The position numbers and the translations under genes were made by a program. From an uncultured Puniceicoccaceae bacterium (lineage in GTDB: Bacteria > Verrucomicrobiota > Verrucomicrobiia > Opitutales > Oceanipulchritudinaceae), in the NCBI GenBank assembly GCA_963933835.1, contig CAWVVV010000001.1, forward strand, positions 32,001 to 96,000: a stretch of 64,000 nucleotides of DNA. The letters are read 5' to 3'. Positions 11,158-21,235 of this stretch are shown here, in pieces. The notes below the pieces were generated by a model. The model made no database searches and had not been told where the DNA came from. It was given only the letters and a program-made list of their open reading frames with translations. Each line of letters begins with the position of its first letter. Positions within the stretch are counted from its first letter, which is position 1.

Positions 11158-13191
11158 TCATTCAACTAAATGCGCGGCGCGCCAAGAAACAATCAGGCTC
11201 GAAAAGAGCATCAACAAGGCCGCGACGATCGGGTGTAGGTGCCCTGAGGCCGCCAGCACAATACCGACAAGATTGTAGCTCAGAGCAAAAATGAGATTGC
11301 CGCGTAAGCGTCGCTTCAAACGCCGGCAAAAGATTACCGCCCATGGAAGAACGTCCAGGTTATCGCCCAGTAGCGTTCCCGTCGCGGTGGCCTGGGTGAG
11401 ACTCGCCCCGCGGGACATTGCGATTCCGATAGAGGCCTCTGCCATCGCTCCGGCATCATTAAGCCCATCGCCGATGAATACCGTTCTGTGGCCATCCGCT
11501 TTCATCGCCCGCACGGCGGAAATTTTCTCAGTCGGCAATAACCCACCTTCCACCTTCACCTTAGCGATACGGTCGCAAGCCGATGATGGATCTCCACTGA
11601 GTATCCGCAATTGGCAGCCCAACTCACGAAGCGACGTGAGCACCATCAAGCCCTTGGAGGTAACGCGCTCACCCAACTCTACGCGCGCCGCCAAGACACC
11701 ATCCACTTCAACATATACCGCACGCCCACTGTCAGCTGAAGTGGATACGTCCAGCCACGCTGAATGCCCAATGCGTAAGCTTCGCCCATCAATCGAGCCC
11801 GCAATACCGAGACCCGCTTCCGCCTTAAAATCGCTCACCTCTATTCGGTCCTCGCTCAAGCCCTGTAGCGGAAACGCTACGGGATGATTCGAATGGGTCT
11901 CGAGGCTCGCCACCGCCGTCCGAAGCCACTGCTCCTCGATGCCAGATTCAGACTGCAGAAGACAAAAAGAAAGGCCCTCCTCCGGCAGTTCACTGAGCGT
12001 TCCTGTCTTATCAAAAATCCAGACATCGCACTCGGCTAGACCATCAAGGATCCGGCCATCACGGCTGACTAATCCGCGCTTCGAAAGTGCCAGCAGGCCA
12101 TTCCAGACCGCAATGGGAGTCGCAAGTCCAAGGGCGCAAGGACAGGCAACAAGAAGCACCGCCATCGAGTGAAAGAGGGCCGCCGACCAGACCAACCCAC
12201 TCACCCACCAGCCCGCAAAGGTCAACAAGCTCGCGGCCATCACGCCGGGGATAAACCAGCGCATTAGCGTGTCCGCCTCGCTCTGGAACCGAGAAGGGCA
12301 AGCCGCCGCGGCATCGACATTCCTTAGAATCTGGTCGATCAAGCGGCCCTCCGATTGAAAGACCGGAGTGATTTTCAAAACCGCGTCGATGACGTGTGAT
12401 CCTGCGTAGACGAGATCTCCCACCTCCTTAACCACCGGCCGCAGTTCCCCTGTTGCCACCGTTTCGATGACGGCAGCCTTCCCCTCAACGACACGCCCAT
12501 CGACCGTAACAATTTCCTCCGGAAAAACAACCGCAACAGAGCCTTTATCAAGCGTATCTATCGAAACGCGTTGTCGGTTCCCCAAAGGTGTTTCCAGATG
12601 AACCCAAGCGAGACTATTCTGCCACTGACGCGTGAGGGCCATCGCTCTTGTTCGCTTCGTAGCGCCCACTTTCCGTCCGACGGTGTAGATGACGAGCACG
12701 AGGCCAACGACCTCGTAGTAGACACTCCCCTCCCCTTGAAAAGTTGACAGCAATGAAGCCACCATCGCCCCAGTGGCCGTGAGCAAAAACAAGGGTTCGA
12801 CGGTCCATTGCTTTGCTTTGAGTGCTAGAAGAGTGGATCGGATCAATGGGTAACCAAGCAAAGCCATCACGGCCATCGCTGAAAAAATGAGCCCACCATG
12901 CAGCGCCCAATAGACAGATGAACCAAAAGCCGGAACATCCTCCGCCTCTAAGGCCAAATTGTAACCCAGACCAAAAACCATCCCTTGGCCTGCGAATGCT
13001 AAAGCCAGTCCAACGCGAAACCAAGTGAGGTCACCGACCACTTGCTCACCCATGTCACTCGAGCAACAGCTACGGTTGAGCCATTCGCACTGTAGAGCGT
13101 CCGGCGTTCCTTGGGTAGGATCGTGTCCGGCCGCATCATCAACAGCGGTGTTAGACTCAATCGTGTGCGGAGTGCCCATGCTCAAATGCAT
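11158..13191 (-). CDS. Heavy-metal P1B-type ATPase, Cu(I) class (CcoI/FixI-like)
   Basis: TGE, CPCALGLATP, DKTGT, HP, GDGLND, YN and MLFSS motifs; upstream of the act-cco cluster in the same orientation. Confidence 0.88.
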   Translation of the reverse strand: MHLSMGTPHTIESNTAVDDAAGHDPTQGTPDALQCEWLNRSCCSSDMGEQVVGDLTWFRVGLALAFAGQGMVFGLGYNLALEAEDVPAFGSSVYWALHGGLIFSAMAVMALLGYPLIRSTLLALKAKQWTVEPLFLLTATGAMVASLLSTFQGEGSVYYEVVGLVLVIYTVGRKVGATKRTRAMALTRQWQNSLAWVHLETPLGNRQRVSIDTLDKGSVAVVFPEEIVTVDGRVVEGKAAVIETVATGELRPVVKEVGDLVYAGSHVIDAVLKITPVFQSEGRLIDQILRNVDAAAACPSRFQSEADTLMRWFIPGVMAASLLTFAGWWVSGLVWSAALFHSMAVLLVACPCALGLATPIAVWNGLLALSKRGLVSRDGRILDGLAECDVWIFDKTGTLSELPEEGLSFCLLQSESGIEEQWLRTAVASLETHSNHPVAFPLQGLSEDRIEVSDFKAEAGLGIAGSIDGRSLRIGHSAWLDVSTSADSGRAVYVEVDGVLAARVELGERVTSKGLMVLTSLRELGCQLRILSGDPSSACDRIAKVKVEGGLLPTEKISAVRAMKADGHRTVFIGDGLNDAGAMAEASIGIAMSRGASLTQATATGTLLGDNLDVLPWAVIFCRRLKRRLRGNLIFALSYNLVGIVLAASGHLHPIVAALLMLFSSLIVSWRAAHLVE

Positions 13192-13524
13192 GCGCCAACC
13201 GACGTGTCAGGGCAAGGAGGCTCTTAAACCCCTGCAGGCTCTAGGCTCTGCTCTTTAGCTCCCAAGCCTCCAGCGAGCGTTTCAATTACCTAATCAACAG
13301 CGGAGCGTTTCTACGAACAGAAAACATCTCCTTCGACGATCGAAACACAACGTCTTCTATGCCGCCCAGAACTATTCGAGATTGATGTTTGGTCTAACTT
13401 AAATAAGATTCCTTGGGTATGAAGTGTCCTTAAATCAAGCACTACGCAGTTACCGATCGGCCGTCGCTTCTGCGCTTTACTCTGCGAAACCGCTCGGCTA
13501 TCAAACCTACCCTACAAATTGACG

Positions 13525-14415
13525 ATGCCGACCTCAACATTCCGCAAGATTCACCAGATCAACCTCGGCGCCTACCGGCCAGAGGCAACCGACGATGAAC
13601 GTCGGCAGGCTAGAGATGAAAAGCTGGATCTATTTCGCACTTTAGACCTCGGGGTCGACGCCAAGGGCCGCCAATGGATCGAAGATGATGGCTTTACGAA
13701 AGCCCCAGATGGGAAGTTCAGTAAAGGCGACTACACCATTCACCCCCGCCCCGACAGCGTTTTTCGCCGCGTGCTCGACGGCTCAAGTTTCTTCGCTGAG
13801 TTTGAGGGCCTTCGACGCGCCTCGACCGGAGGCCGATACAAATGGCTCCCCCGTGATCGCGATGAGAATGTCCAACTGAGCCTCATGAATCTCGGCCAGC
13901 ACCTCGACAACATGGGACACATTTCCCGGCGTGGATGGTATTTTCCCGATAATCCACTGACCGTCGCAGGTTATGCTTTCGTCCTTCGCCTCGTCGTCGC
14001 GATTGTCTTCGGTATCTCTCAAGAGTCCTTCACCCTCAGCATGGGTGACCTCCTTTGGGCGACTAGTTTTGGGGTTTTCCTCGGCATCCCCGCGACGCTC
14101 TACTTTCGCAGGAGCCATCGAAATGCAGATCCTGATTTCCCGATGATCCGCCCCTGGCATCAGACGCAGATGCTCGACCATGAGGTTTCATTCTACCAGA
14201 GCGGCCGCCACGACGAGTGGATGCACGCCGAGAAGGTTCCGATTAAGTTACCGCCCAAGCTCGAAAGCCGTCAGACGATCGAAACAGCGCTCTCGAACGA
14301 GCTCTTCAAGGCTTACGGTCAAGCGCTCGATCCCAGCTATGTCGACGGCTCCTACAAGGAAACTGATGGGCTCCCGGCCCGCACGATCGTGCCACCGCGT
14401 AAGCTAAGGGCCTAA
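13525..14415 (+). CDS. Hypothetical protein with two central TM helices
   Basis: Long ORF with genome-like codon usage, two hydrophobic segments, no recognised family. Confidence 0.6.
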   Translation: MPTSTFRKIHQINLGAYRPEATDDERRQARDEKLDLFRTLDLGVDAKGRQWIEDDGFTKAPDGKFSKGDYTIHPRPDSVFRRVLDGSSFFAEFEGLRRASTGGRYKWLPRDRDENVQLSLMNLGQHLDNMGHISRRGWYFPDNPLTVAGYAFVLRLVVAIVFGISQESFTLSMGDLLWATSFGVFLGIPATLYFRRSHRNADPDFPMIRPWHQTQMLDHEVSFYQSGRHDEWMHAEKVPIKLPPKLESRQTIETALSNELFKAYGQALDPSYVDGSYKETDGLPARTIVPPRKLRA

Positions 14416-14593
14416 AACCTGCTGCCCGATGGCTCAAACGAGGCGAACTCTGAGGGCCATAAAGAAGCCGAAATCCGACTGTATTCAGAATGCTGTTGGA
14501 GAATATTGCACCACACGTGATGCCTACTTGCCTCGCACGAAGGGAATAAAAAGAATGCTGTTTTTTGATGTGAGCGAATCTCGCGTTTTCAAC

Positions 14594-15703
14594 ATGCCCA
14601 CTCTGTTACACCGCCTACTTGTCCTGATTTTTGCCTACCTGATCTGCCCGAGCTTTGCGCTCTATGGGCAGCCTCTAACCCCCTACACAGAGACGCATGA
14701 AGATCCCTTTCTTGGGAATCTCCATGAAACCGTCGAGCGCAAGGAGCGCGACGAGGCTGCTCGGAGTGAATGGGAGGACACTGGTGAGGCGCAGGGCCGA
14801 CTCGACGAACTGCTCGCGCAGCGCCTCTACGGGGAGGTTTTTGATACACAGCTCCCAGGGGGCGACCTCGATGGATCTTGGCGATTTCGCTTCACTCCGA
14901 AAATAAGCGATCTTAACGGCGATGACTACATTCGCTGGCCGTTCAGTGTGCGCTACCAATTCAACACCCCTCTCGAGGGTCAATTCGATCTGGGGATCTA
15001 CACCGCGAATCCGATCGAGAGTGGAAATGGGATCGGTTTTTACGAAATCAGACCCGGTCTAAAATACAGCATTCGGCACTTTCTCTCCTCGGAGTGAAAT
15101 ATCGCATTAGGACTGGGAACGGAGATTCCGATCGCCAGTCCCCCGCTGGAGCTCAGCGATGGTTTCGCGCGTTACCGCCCTTACGTTTCATTCAGCAAGG
15201 AATTGCACTCAGATCCGGAGCTGATGTTCTACCTCAGTCTCCAATACGAGGCCGTCGCCGATACCCCATTCTCAGCAAATCCAGTGATCCCTCAGCCACA
15301 AGACCGGGTCTTCGTATCTCCTGGCTTGATCTACTACCCTGGAGGGAATTTTCGCTACGCCGTTGAGTTTGAATACCGGACGAATGCTCTCGATTTGAGA
15401 GGGGGCATTGACCGTCCGAGGGGATACATCGGACCACAGACGCTAGAAGAGGTTCGTGCGTATGAGACGACCCACGAGCTTAGTTTCTATCCGAGCATAA
15501 CCTGGTTTCCCAGTCGCGAAACCCGCGAAGGCCTACGCATTCCGGGAAACTGGGACGTGAGCCTACGTCTCGACGTCCCGATCGTGGAAGAAACCGACGA
15601 AGACTTTGGCATCTCAGTTCGTTTCAAATGGTATTACAATTACCGCAAGCTGATCTATCGCGACCTTCGTCGACTTTTACAGCGCTTCGACTCGGAACCT
15701 TGA
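14594..15703 (+). pseudogene. Exported, beta-strand-rich protein (possible outer-membrane barrel) interrupted by an in-frame TGA at 15095-15097
   Basis: Signal peptide MPTLLHRLLVLIFAYLICPSFALYG; ORFs 14429-15097 and 15203-15703 share a frame and read through as SSE*NIALGLGTEIP...ELHSDPE; alternating aromatic strands. Confidence 0.65.
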
Positions 15704-15786
15704 GGTCAGTAGGCGTGAAGCGTTTGCACCGTTAAATCTAGTTCGACGAGCCGTATAGGCCCGACGCCATTCTGACTGCGGTCGCA

Positions 15787-17940
15787 CTAGGACGTAATCC
15801 CAAGGAGGAACTGGAGGTTGTTCGGGGTCTTGTTGATCCGGCCGATAAGCATTTCCATCGCATCGATTGGCGGAATGCCCTTCATCGCCCGGCGCAAGCT
15901 GTAGACCTTCTGCATCTCGTCGGTGTGGTAGATAAGCTCCTCTTTGCGCGTGCCACTCTTAGCCATTTCAATCGCTGGGAAGATACGCTTGTCTGAGAGA
16001 CCGCGGTCGAGGTGCAGCTCCATGTTACCGGTGCCTTTAAACTCTTCAAAGATGACTTCATCCATACGACTACCCGTCTCGACGAGGGCCGTACCGATGA
16101 TCGTGAGTGAGCCGCCTTCTTCAATATTACGCGCGCTGCCGAAGAAGCGCTTCGGCTTCTGGAGGGCATTGGCCTCAACACCACCCGAAAGGATTTTACC
16201 ACTGTTCGCAGCGAGGGCATTGTAAGCGCGAGCAAGGCGCGTAATCGAGTCGAGGAGGATGATCACATCCCGGCCGTCTTCGACCATCCGTCGCGCCTTT
16301 TCGATCACCATCTCGGCACAGTGCACGTGATTTTCAGGCGATTCATCAAAGGTGGAGGCAATCACTTCTCCATCCTTCAGCTGGCGCTTAAAGTCAGTCA
16401 CTTCTTCCGGGCGTTCGTCGATGAGGAGGACGATGAGGTGCGCCTCTGGCTTGTTCAGCAAAACGGCATTCGCGATCCCCTGCTGAAGGATGGTCTTACC
16501 TGTGCGCGGTGGCGCAACAATGAGGCCACGCTGGCCAAGCCCGACCGGCGTCAACAGATCCACGACGCGCAAGGCCATGTTATCCCACGCCACACTGGGG
16601 TCGGTTTCGAGCAGCAAGCGCTCGGTTGGATAGTAAGGAATCAGATCCTCGAAAGGTATAACTTGAAGGTTCTCCTCAGGCGCTTTGTCCATCAGGCTGA
16701 CGACCTTGAGAAGGTAGGGGCAACTTTCCTCAAGCCCATCCATGTCCTGTAAGTAGTCTGCAGGCGCGAAGAGCGCAGCGAGCACCTCATCGGCAATCTC
16801 GTCCTCTCGCGAATCATTCAGTGCGTCGCTAGATTGCTCACCGTCGACCTCACTTTGGGAGGCCCGGATTTGCTCCAGCGCGTCTGAAGGCAGAAGACTG
16901 CGTTTCGGGTGGAGCTGAGCCTGGATTAGGGTGCCACGCTTAATGCCGTATAGCTTCACAATCGACAACGGAACAAAGGTATTCGTCGGGCGCACACGGT
17001 AACTATCCTGCGCGTAAACGATCAGGCCGTAGCCGTCGGCAGTGGTTTCAAAGACACCTGTCGCGATGATCGGGCGCTTCGCAGCGTAGGCTGCTTTCAT
17101 GACGAGGTCGATGATCTCATCGCGCATTGGGGCCTGTTCGCTCACGACCCCGAACTCATCCTTGGCAACCTCTACAAGCTCGTTGAGTGGAAATGAGAAA
17201 AGGCGGTTGTAGTCAACGGGACCACCCGCAGCAGAGCCTTGGGCCTCCGCGAGCGTCTTCATATCTTCCGGCTTCTTCAGAAGATCGAGTTGTGGAAGCT
17301 CTCCCACCTCGATGACAAAGGTGTCCGAACTGCCAAAAAACTCGCCTGCGCCGGCTGGCTTTTTCGCACCACCACGGCGCGGTGGGTTCTTGTTGAAATC
17401 CTTCTTCTTCCGCTTCTTGTCGAAAGGCTTTTTCCTGTCCTGACGTCCGCCACGGCCACCGCCTTGGCCACCACCGCCTTGGCCACCACCACCGCCTTGA
17501 TTCTGCTGATTGTGGCGCTGCTTAGATTTGCCACCGCGGTCTTGGCGCTGAGGACCTCGACGCTCGGGGCGCTCAGAGCGTTCTGAGCGCTCAGCCGGCT
17601 TTGCCCTCTCCTCGTTCTGAGAGGAATTTGACCGAGCCTCCTCCTTTTGTCCTTTCGCCGGAGCGTCATCCTTTTCGGACGGCGGTGCGCCGACGCCTTC
17701 AGGCTTATCTTCAGGACTGGCTGAAAAACTCATAGGCACTTGCTCGCTGTCCGATTTCTTGAGCACTGGCGCAGCAGGTGGCTTAACATCCGTCGAGGCC
17801 ACCTTCGCGGAGGCTTCGTTGGTCGCAGCCCGCTTCCGGGTCGTTTTTTTTGCCGCGGTCTTGCGTGCAGCACGCTTCTTTTTGGCCGGCTTGGCTTCTT
17901 CTCCGGATGGGGAGGGCTCAGAAATTTCGTCGCTTAACAT
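15787..17940 (-). CDS. rho: Transcription termination factor Rho with a long low-complexity N-terminus
   Basis: [49 protein letters not shown]. Confidence 0.97.
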   Translation of the reverse strand: MLSDEISEPSPSGEEAKPAKKKRAARKTAAKKTTRKRAATNEASAKVASTDVKPPAAPVLKKSDSEQVPMSFSASPEDKPEGVGAPPSEKDDAPAKGQKEEARSNSSQNEERAKPAERSERSERPERRGPQRQDRGGKSKQRHNQQNQGGGGGQGGGGQGGGRGGRQDRKKPFDKKRKKKDFNKNPPRRGGAKKPAGAGEFFGSSDTFVIEVGELPQLDLLKKPEDMKTLAEAQGSAAGGPVDYNRLFSFPLNELVEVAKDEFGVVSEQAPMRDEIIDLVMKAAYAAKRPIIATGVFETTADGYGLIVYAQDSYRVRPTNTFVPLSIVKLYGIKRGTLIQAQLHPKRSLLPSDALEQIRASQSEVDGEQSSDALNDSREDEIADEVLAALFAPADYLQDMDGLEESCPYLLKVVSLMDKAPEENLQVIPFEDLIPYYPTERLLLETDPSVAWDNMALRVVDLLTPVGLGQRGLIVAPPRTGKTILQQGIANAVLLNKPEAHLIVLLIDERPEEVTDFKRQLKDGEVIASTFDESPENHVHCAEMVIEKARRMVEDGRDVIILLDSITRLARAYNALAANSGKILSGGVEANALQKPKRFFGSARNIEEGGSLTIIGTALVETGSRMDEVIFEEFKGTGNMELHLDRGLSDKRIFPAIEMAKSGTRKEELIYHTDEMQKVYSLRRAMKGIPPIDAMEMLIGRINKTPNNLQFLLGITS

Positions 17941-17964
17941 GTAAAAGTCTAAAACAGGTGTGAA

Positions 17965-18552
17965 TCAGTCCCTTTTTGGGACAAGGATGTGCTCAAAAAT
18001 GTAATCAATTTGCTCCGCTAGGTGCGCTGCACTGCCGTTATTAACGATCACCAGATCTGCGAGTTCAGCCTTCTTATCGAGGCTCCACTGCTGGCTAAGA
18101 CGCTGATTGGCGTGCTCTTCGGACCAGCCGCGTCTTTCGAGACGTTGGCGCTGTTGCTCGGGTTCAGTAACGACACATATAGTAAAATCGAACGATGCTT
18201 GGAGGCCTTTTTCAAAAAGGAGAGGAATTTCTACAACAAGGCAATTGTGCCCAGTTCGTATTTCCTCTTCCCATTTTTGACGCACCAGAGGGTGGATCAA
18301 ACGCTCCAACTTACGGAGCTCCTTGGAATTAGAAAAAACGATAGAAGCGAGTTTTGACCTGTCAACCTTTCTACTTTCAGCAAAAATCGTCGATCCGAAG
18401 TCCCTCCGGAGGTCATCGATCAAGGCCTTATCTTCTTCGATAAGCGTCCGAACACAGCTATCACTGTCAAAAGTCGCCGCACCCTTGCCTTTAAACAACT
18501 CCAAGACCGTCGATTTTCCGCATCCGATACCCCCTGTGAGACCAATATTCAC
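17965..18552 (-). CDS. coaE: Dephospho-CoA kinase
   Basis: IGLTGGIGCGKST, VDRSKLA, IHPLV, EIPLLFE. Confidence 0.95.
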   Translation of the reverse strand: MNIGLTGGIGCGKSTVLELFKGKGAATFDSDSCVRTLIEEDKALIDDLRRDFGSTIFAESRKVDRSKLASIVFSNSKELRKLERLIHPLVRQKWEEEIRTGHNCLVVEIPLLFEKGLQASFDFTICVVTEPEQQRQRLERRGWSEEHANQRLSQQWSLDKKAELADLVIVNNGSAAHLAEQIDYIFEHILVPKRD

Positions 18553-18699
18553 CCCGCCTATCCCGCGGTCTTGAAGAAAAAATGCAACTCTATGGTTAAG
18601 CTCGGGCGAGTTCGCACGATGGTAAGATTGACCAGAGGTCGAAAAACAGGCACTGTCCTCCCTTGGATGTCCCCATTAAAGACCACACCCACCTCCTTT

Positions 18700-19587
18700 A
18701 TGAGCCAACAGCAGCAACAGCTTGCGCACGCCCTTTTCTGCGGAATTGAGGGTACTGATTCGTCAGCTGTTGAGGACGCGCTCACTGAGATCGAAAACCA
18801 AGTTCTCGGTCCCGCTCAGACAACGGGGTTTCACAGCCAGATACTGGCAGACGTGATTGATCTGTTTAACGAGGGTTTCGCTGATAAACAGCCGATCGAC
18901 ACACCCTACCACAACCTTGAGCACACCCTACAGACGACCCTCTGCTTCGCTCAAATCTGTCTCAACTGGGAGCTGACTGCCGAGCAACCATCCATCACCA
19001 CGGAAGCCTTTCAAAATGGCCTCGCTGCCGCCCTCCTACACGACGTCGGCTACATGAAAGACGCTCACGACCCCGAAGGCTCGGGCGCGAAGCATACTTT
19101 TTGCCATGAGCTTCGCAGCTGTGATATAGCCACCGCCTATCTGAGCAATCTTGGATGGGACGCGGCCCGGATCGGCACCGTCTGCTCCATTATTTGCTGC
19201 ACGGGGCCCCTCGCTGACTTTAATTCAATCGAATTTGCCGACGACACCGCCCTACTCCTCGGACAAATGGTCTGCACCGCTGACTACCTTGGGCAAATCG
19301 CCGACCCCGGCTACGTCAGCAAAATCCCCGCCCTCTACCGAGAACTCAACGAGTCGGATCAATTCCGAAGTATCCCGACAGAGGACCGCAATTACGCCTC
19401 AGTCGGGGAGCTCTTCGAGGGCACAGACACCTTTTGGAAGACCTTCGTCAAACCGCGGCTAAGCGATGAATGCGGGGGCGTCTGTGAACTACTGACCAAC
19501 CGTGAGACCTCAGACAACGCCTACCTCACACAGGTCGAAGCGAATCTGAAGCTGATCGAAGAGCTGAACTCCACCGCTTCGAATTAG
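18700..19587 (+). CDS. HD-domain metal-dependent phosphohydrolase
   Basis: YHNLEHT...LLHDVGY...HELRS...TADYLGQ; start uncertain (18667 or 18700). Confidence 0.8.
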   Translation: MSQQQQQLAHALFCGIEGTDSSAVEDALTEIENQVLGPAQTTGFHSQILADVIDLFNEGFADKQPIDTPYHNLEHTLQTTLCFAQICLNWELTAEQPSITTEAFQNGLAAALLHDVGYMKDAHDPEGSGAKHTFCHELRSCDIATAYLSNLGWDAARIGTVCSIICCTGPLADFNSIEFADDTALLLGQMVCTADYLGQIADPGYVSKIPALYRELNESDQFRSIPTEDRNYASVGELFEGTDTFWKTFVKPRLSDECGGVCELLTNRETSDNAYLTQVEANLKLIEELNSTASN

Positions 19588-19767
19588 GTCTGCGCAAAAG
19601 GTCTTTTACTGAAAAGGGCCCCTCTTGGCACCCTAGTTGCCATGAGTTCGGCGTTTATCAGACGTGGATGAGGAAGTGAACGATCACGTCGAAACCCTCA
19701 ATACATTGCTTACGGGGCATGCCATGCAAAGAGGTAGCCAAACGACAACTGAGCAGAGCATTTAAAT

Positions 19768-19789
19768 TAAACGATTGACCCCTTTCAGT
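19768..19789 (+). repeat. Dispersed 22-nt intergenic repeat, copy 2
   Basis: TAAACGATTGACCCCTTTCAGT, 20/22 identical to 11049-11070. Confidence 0.65.
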
Positions 19790-19859
19790 TCACCCATGGA
19801 TGAGCAGGAAGTCTTAGCAGAGTTCTTTCCTTTGCGTGAAATGTGTTGTTCTGGAAACG

Positions 19860-19907
19860 TTAACCACGAAGAGCACGAAGGACACGAAGAGCTTTGGTTC
19901 TGATAAG
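19860..19907 (+). repeat. 9-nt-period element AACCACGAAGAGCACGAAGGACACGAAG plus degenerate linker
   Basis: Closely similar to the reverse complement of 56809-56855. Confidence 0.7.
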
Positions 19908-19933
19908 ACCCGTCTTACTAGGTGCGCGATCGC

Positions 19934-19960
19934 GGTCGTCTGGGGACAGACGACCCTACC
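19934..19960 (-). repeat. GTAG-type REP palindrome
   Basis: Minus strand GGTAG-GGTCGTCTG-TCCC-CAGACGACC: GTAG foot followed by a perfect 9-bp hairpin. Confidence 0.7.
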
Positions 19961-19977
19961 CTAGGACTAGAGACGGC

Positions 19978-20508
19978 CTAGATAACACTGTAGTAGAAAA
20001 GCAGTTGGAAACCCACCTGCAAGACCACCCATGCGGCGCCTGCAGCGGCTAGATCATCGACGAGGACACCTTGGCCACCGGGGAGACTTTGCAGACGTTT
20101 GATACCGAAGGGCTTCGCGATGTCGAAGAGGCGGAACAGCGCGAAGCCGGCCAACAAGTAGGCGAAGGCCCATGGCGTGCCTGAGAGGGCTACTGGCCAG
20201 CCAAGAAAGACGAGTGGTTGGGCGACAAATTCATCGATAATGACTTCGCCGGGATCGCGTTTGCGGAGGCGAATTTCAGCCTGTTCGCAGATCGGCAGAG
20301 CGACGGCGACGAGGATGGCGCAGATCAAAAGCTGTGCCCAGAACGGCGCAGTGTGGAGGAACGCCATATAAAAGAGCACACCGGCTACGGAGCCATTGGT
20401 GCCCGGTCCTTTGCCCCAGAATCCGACGCGGCCAAGACAGGCCATGCCGATGATCCAACGGTCCGGAATCAGCGTCCAGAAAAGCATGCTGAAGATGTTT
20501 TTGTTCAT
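19978..20508 (-). CDS. pgpA: Phosphatidylglycerophosphatase A
   Basis: GPGTNGS, DPGEVIIDEFVA, FRLFDIAKP, GVLVDDLAA. Confidence 0.92.
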   Translation of the reverse strand: MNKNIFSMLFWTLIPDRWIIGMACLGRVGFWGKGPGTNGSVAGVLFYMAFLHTAPFWAQLLICAILVAVALPICEQAEIRLRKRDPGEVIIDEFVAQPLVFLGWPVALSGTPWAFAYLLAGFALFRLFDIAKPFGIKRLQSLPGGQGVLVDDLAAAGAAWVVLQVGFQLLFYYSVI

Positions 20509-21176
20509 CAAGCAGGAGCGAGCTTATGTGCAGGCGTGAAGACGACCCGCCAGTAGCGCCCAAAGTAGAAAGCGCCGGAGACAATTGTCAGGTAGGCCGC
20601 GTAGAAGAAGTAGAACATCCCGTTGAGCCAGACAAAGTCTGCCCAGAGGCTGAAGTCCCAGCCGGTCCACTGCGTAATGTCATGGGCAAACATAGGCTGC
20701 GCAAAAATGACGCACATCGCGGTCATCTGCCAGATCGCCTTGCGCTTGCCTGAGGTCTCAGCGGCGAGGACGACGCCCTTCTTAGCTGCGATGAGGCGCA
20801 GCAGCGTAATCCCGACTTCGCGCACTGCCATCAGACCGACAACAATCCATGCCGCCATGCTTGTGGATAAGCCGAAGGGCATGAGCACGTCCCATGAGGG
20901 CGGGAAGAGAAGCTCGAGTAAAATCACGATTACAAGCGCTCCAAGGACCATTACCTTGTCGACGAGCGCATCCATGATCATTCCGAATTTGCTGATAGCC
21001 TGAAGCCGCCGGGCGAGGTAGCCATCGACGAAGTCTGAGACGACACCGTAGATGGAGAGGCAGAAGACAAGCGTCGCCGACCCCGTCCAGTCTTCAAAAG
21101 CCAGCCATGCGGCAAGCACGAGAACGACGACGCGCGAAAGCGTCAGGATATTTGGAATGTGCTTAACCCCCTGCAT
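20508..21176 (-). CDS. pgsA: CDP-alcohol phosphatidyltransferase (PgsA-like)
   Basis: IPNILTLSR and [10 protein letters not shown]...[11 protein letters not shown] signature; coupled to pgpA. Confidence 0.88.
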   Translation of the reverse strand: MQGVKHIPNILTLSRVVVLVLAAWLAFEDWTGSATLVFCLSIYGVVSDFVDGYLARRLQAISKFGMIMDALVDKVMVLGALVIVILLELLFPPSWDVLMPFGLSTSMAAWIVVGLMAVREVGITLLRLIAAKKGVVLAAETSGKRKAIWQMTAMCVIFAQPMFAHDITQWTGWDFSLWADFVWLNGMFYFFYAAYLTIVSGAFYFGRYWRVVFTPAHKLAPA

Positions 21177-21235
21177 TACCACTGACGGAAGATAGCTCTT
21201 GCCCGAACTTCAAACCCAATCTCAAATCCGAGGCA

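Noticed and set aside
14429..14593. Upstream extensions given by the ORF track (here and for actB, scpB, opcA, pyrG, SDR, folC)
   Set aside because: Downstream ATGs match family N-termini, signal peptides or stop-start overlaps better
15095..15097. TGA recoding (genetic code 4/25 or selenocysteine)
   Set aside because: TGA terminates many intact genes here (ilvD, coaE, ABC genes), and the context is a beta-strand, not a redox Cys motif
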